From positions 93,558,001 through 93,622,000 of the forward strand of contig NC_079165.1 of the NCBI RefSeq assembly GCF_947568905.1: a DNA stretch of 64,000 nt, given 5' to 3'. Below are positions 63,669 through 64,000 of this stretch, piece by piece. The notes below the pieces were generated by a model. It saw nothing but the letters and a program-made list of their open reading frames with translations. It ran no database searches and was not told where the DNA came from. The position numbers were made by a program, and so were the translations under genes. The DNA is from Ostrea edulis. Lineage: Eukaryota. Position 1 is the first letter of the stretch, and the number at the start of each line of letters is the position of its first letter.

Positions 63669-63887
63669 TCATGTATCTGATCCTTTCTCATATCTATTTT
63701 GCATCAGTTTAATGAGCAGAAATGCCTTGAACAAAATTTTGCGATCATCTTGCTTTAAAAAATTGTAATGTTTACTGAAGTACAGAATAGGTCTATTCAT
63801 TTCCTTTAATTTCACATTGCCAGCACTATTTCCGAACTGAATTTTCTCCATACTTGATTTTTCCACTTGAAGAAAAGTCATCTGTAC
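63669..63887 (-). CDS. Possible exon of a gene extending beyond the window
   Basis: Strong aatttcttttcAG acceptor at 63888; phase 0 is open to 63669, and phase 1 gives a short terminal GTDDFSSSGKIKYGENSVRK*. The frame cannot be determined. Confidence 0.3.
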   Translation of the reverse strand, partial: VQMTFLQVEKSSMEKIQFGNSAGNVKLKEMNRPILYFSKHYNFLKQDDRKILFKAFLLIKLMQNRYEKGSDT

Positions 63888-64000
63888 CTGAAAAGAAATT
63901 TTAAAAGAGAGTTTCAAAATAAAAGATAAATACTGATGAATGAACAGAATTGAGAACTTATGAAATCATATATACATGTAAATGTCTTTAGGATACATAT

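Overview
AT-rich animal genomic DNA. The repeat families point to a bivalve mollusc, oyster-like, though the species is not verified. The window is dominated by transposable elements and tandem repeats, with two assembly gaps. Best-supported host genes: (1) an intronless class-A GPCR (54844-56121, +); (2) the last three exons of an unidentified coiled-coil-rich gene on the - strand (48657-48619, 43130-43000, 39652-39482), which splice in frame. Two weaker first-exon candidates lie at 37537 and 20388 (-). Mobile DNA includes a decayed, multiply interrupted Ty3/Gypsy element (about 22.9-31.5 kb, -) with a C2H2 zinc-finger relic downstream of pol; three larger Penelope-like copies of Naiad type; MULE-, hAT-, Kolobok- and Academ-like non-autonomous elements; many Helentron-type elements carrying satellite arrays; tRNA-derived SINEs; and a 3.7 kb array of 48-bp units that produces the very long ORFs. 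The most striking signal is an approximately 10-fold excess of the palindrome TACATGTA. Three copies are visibly CATGTA insertions after a TA inside known repeats, matching Tc1/mariner-type excision footprints. All family names come from pattern recognition, not database searches.
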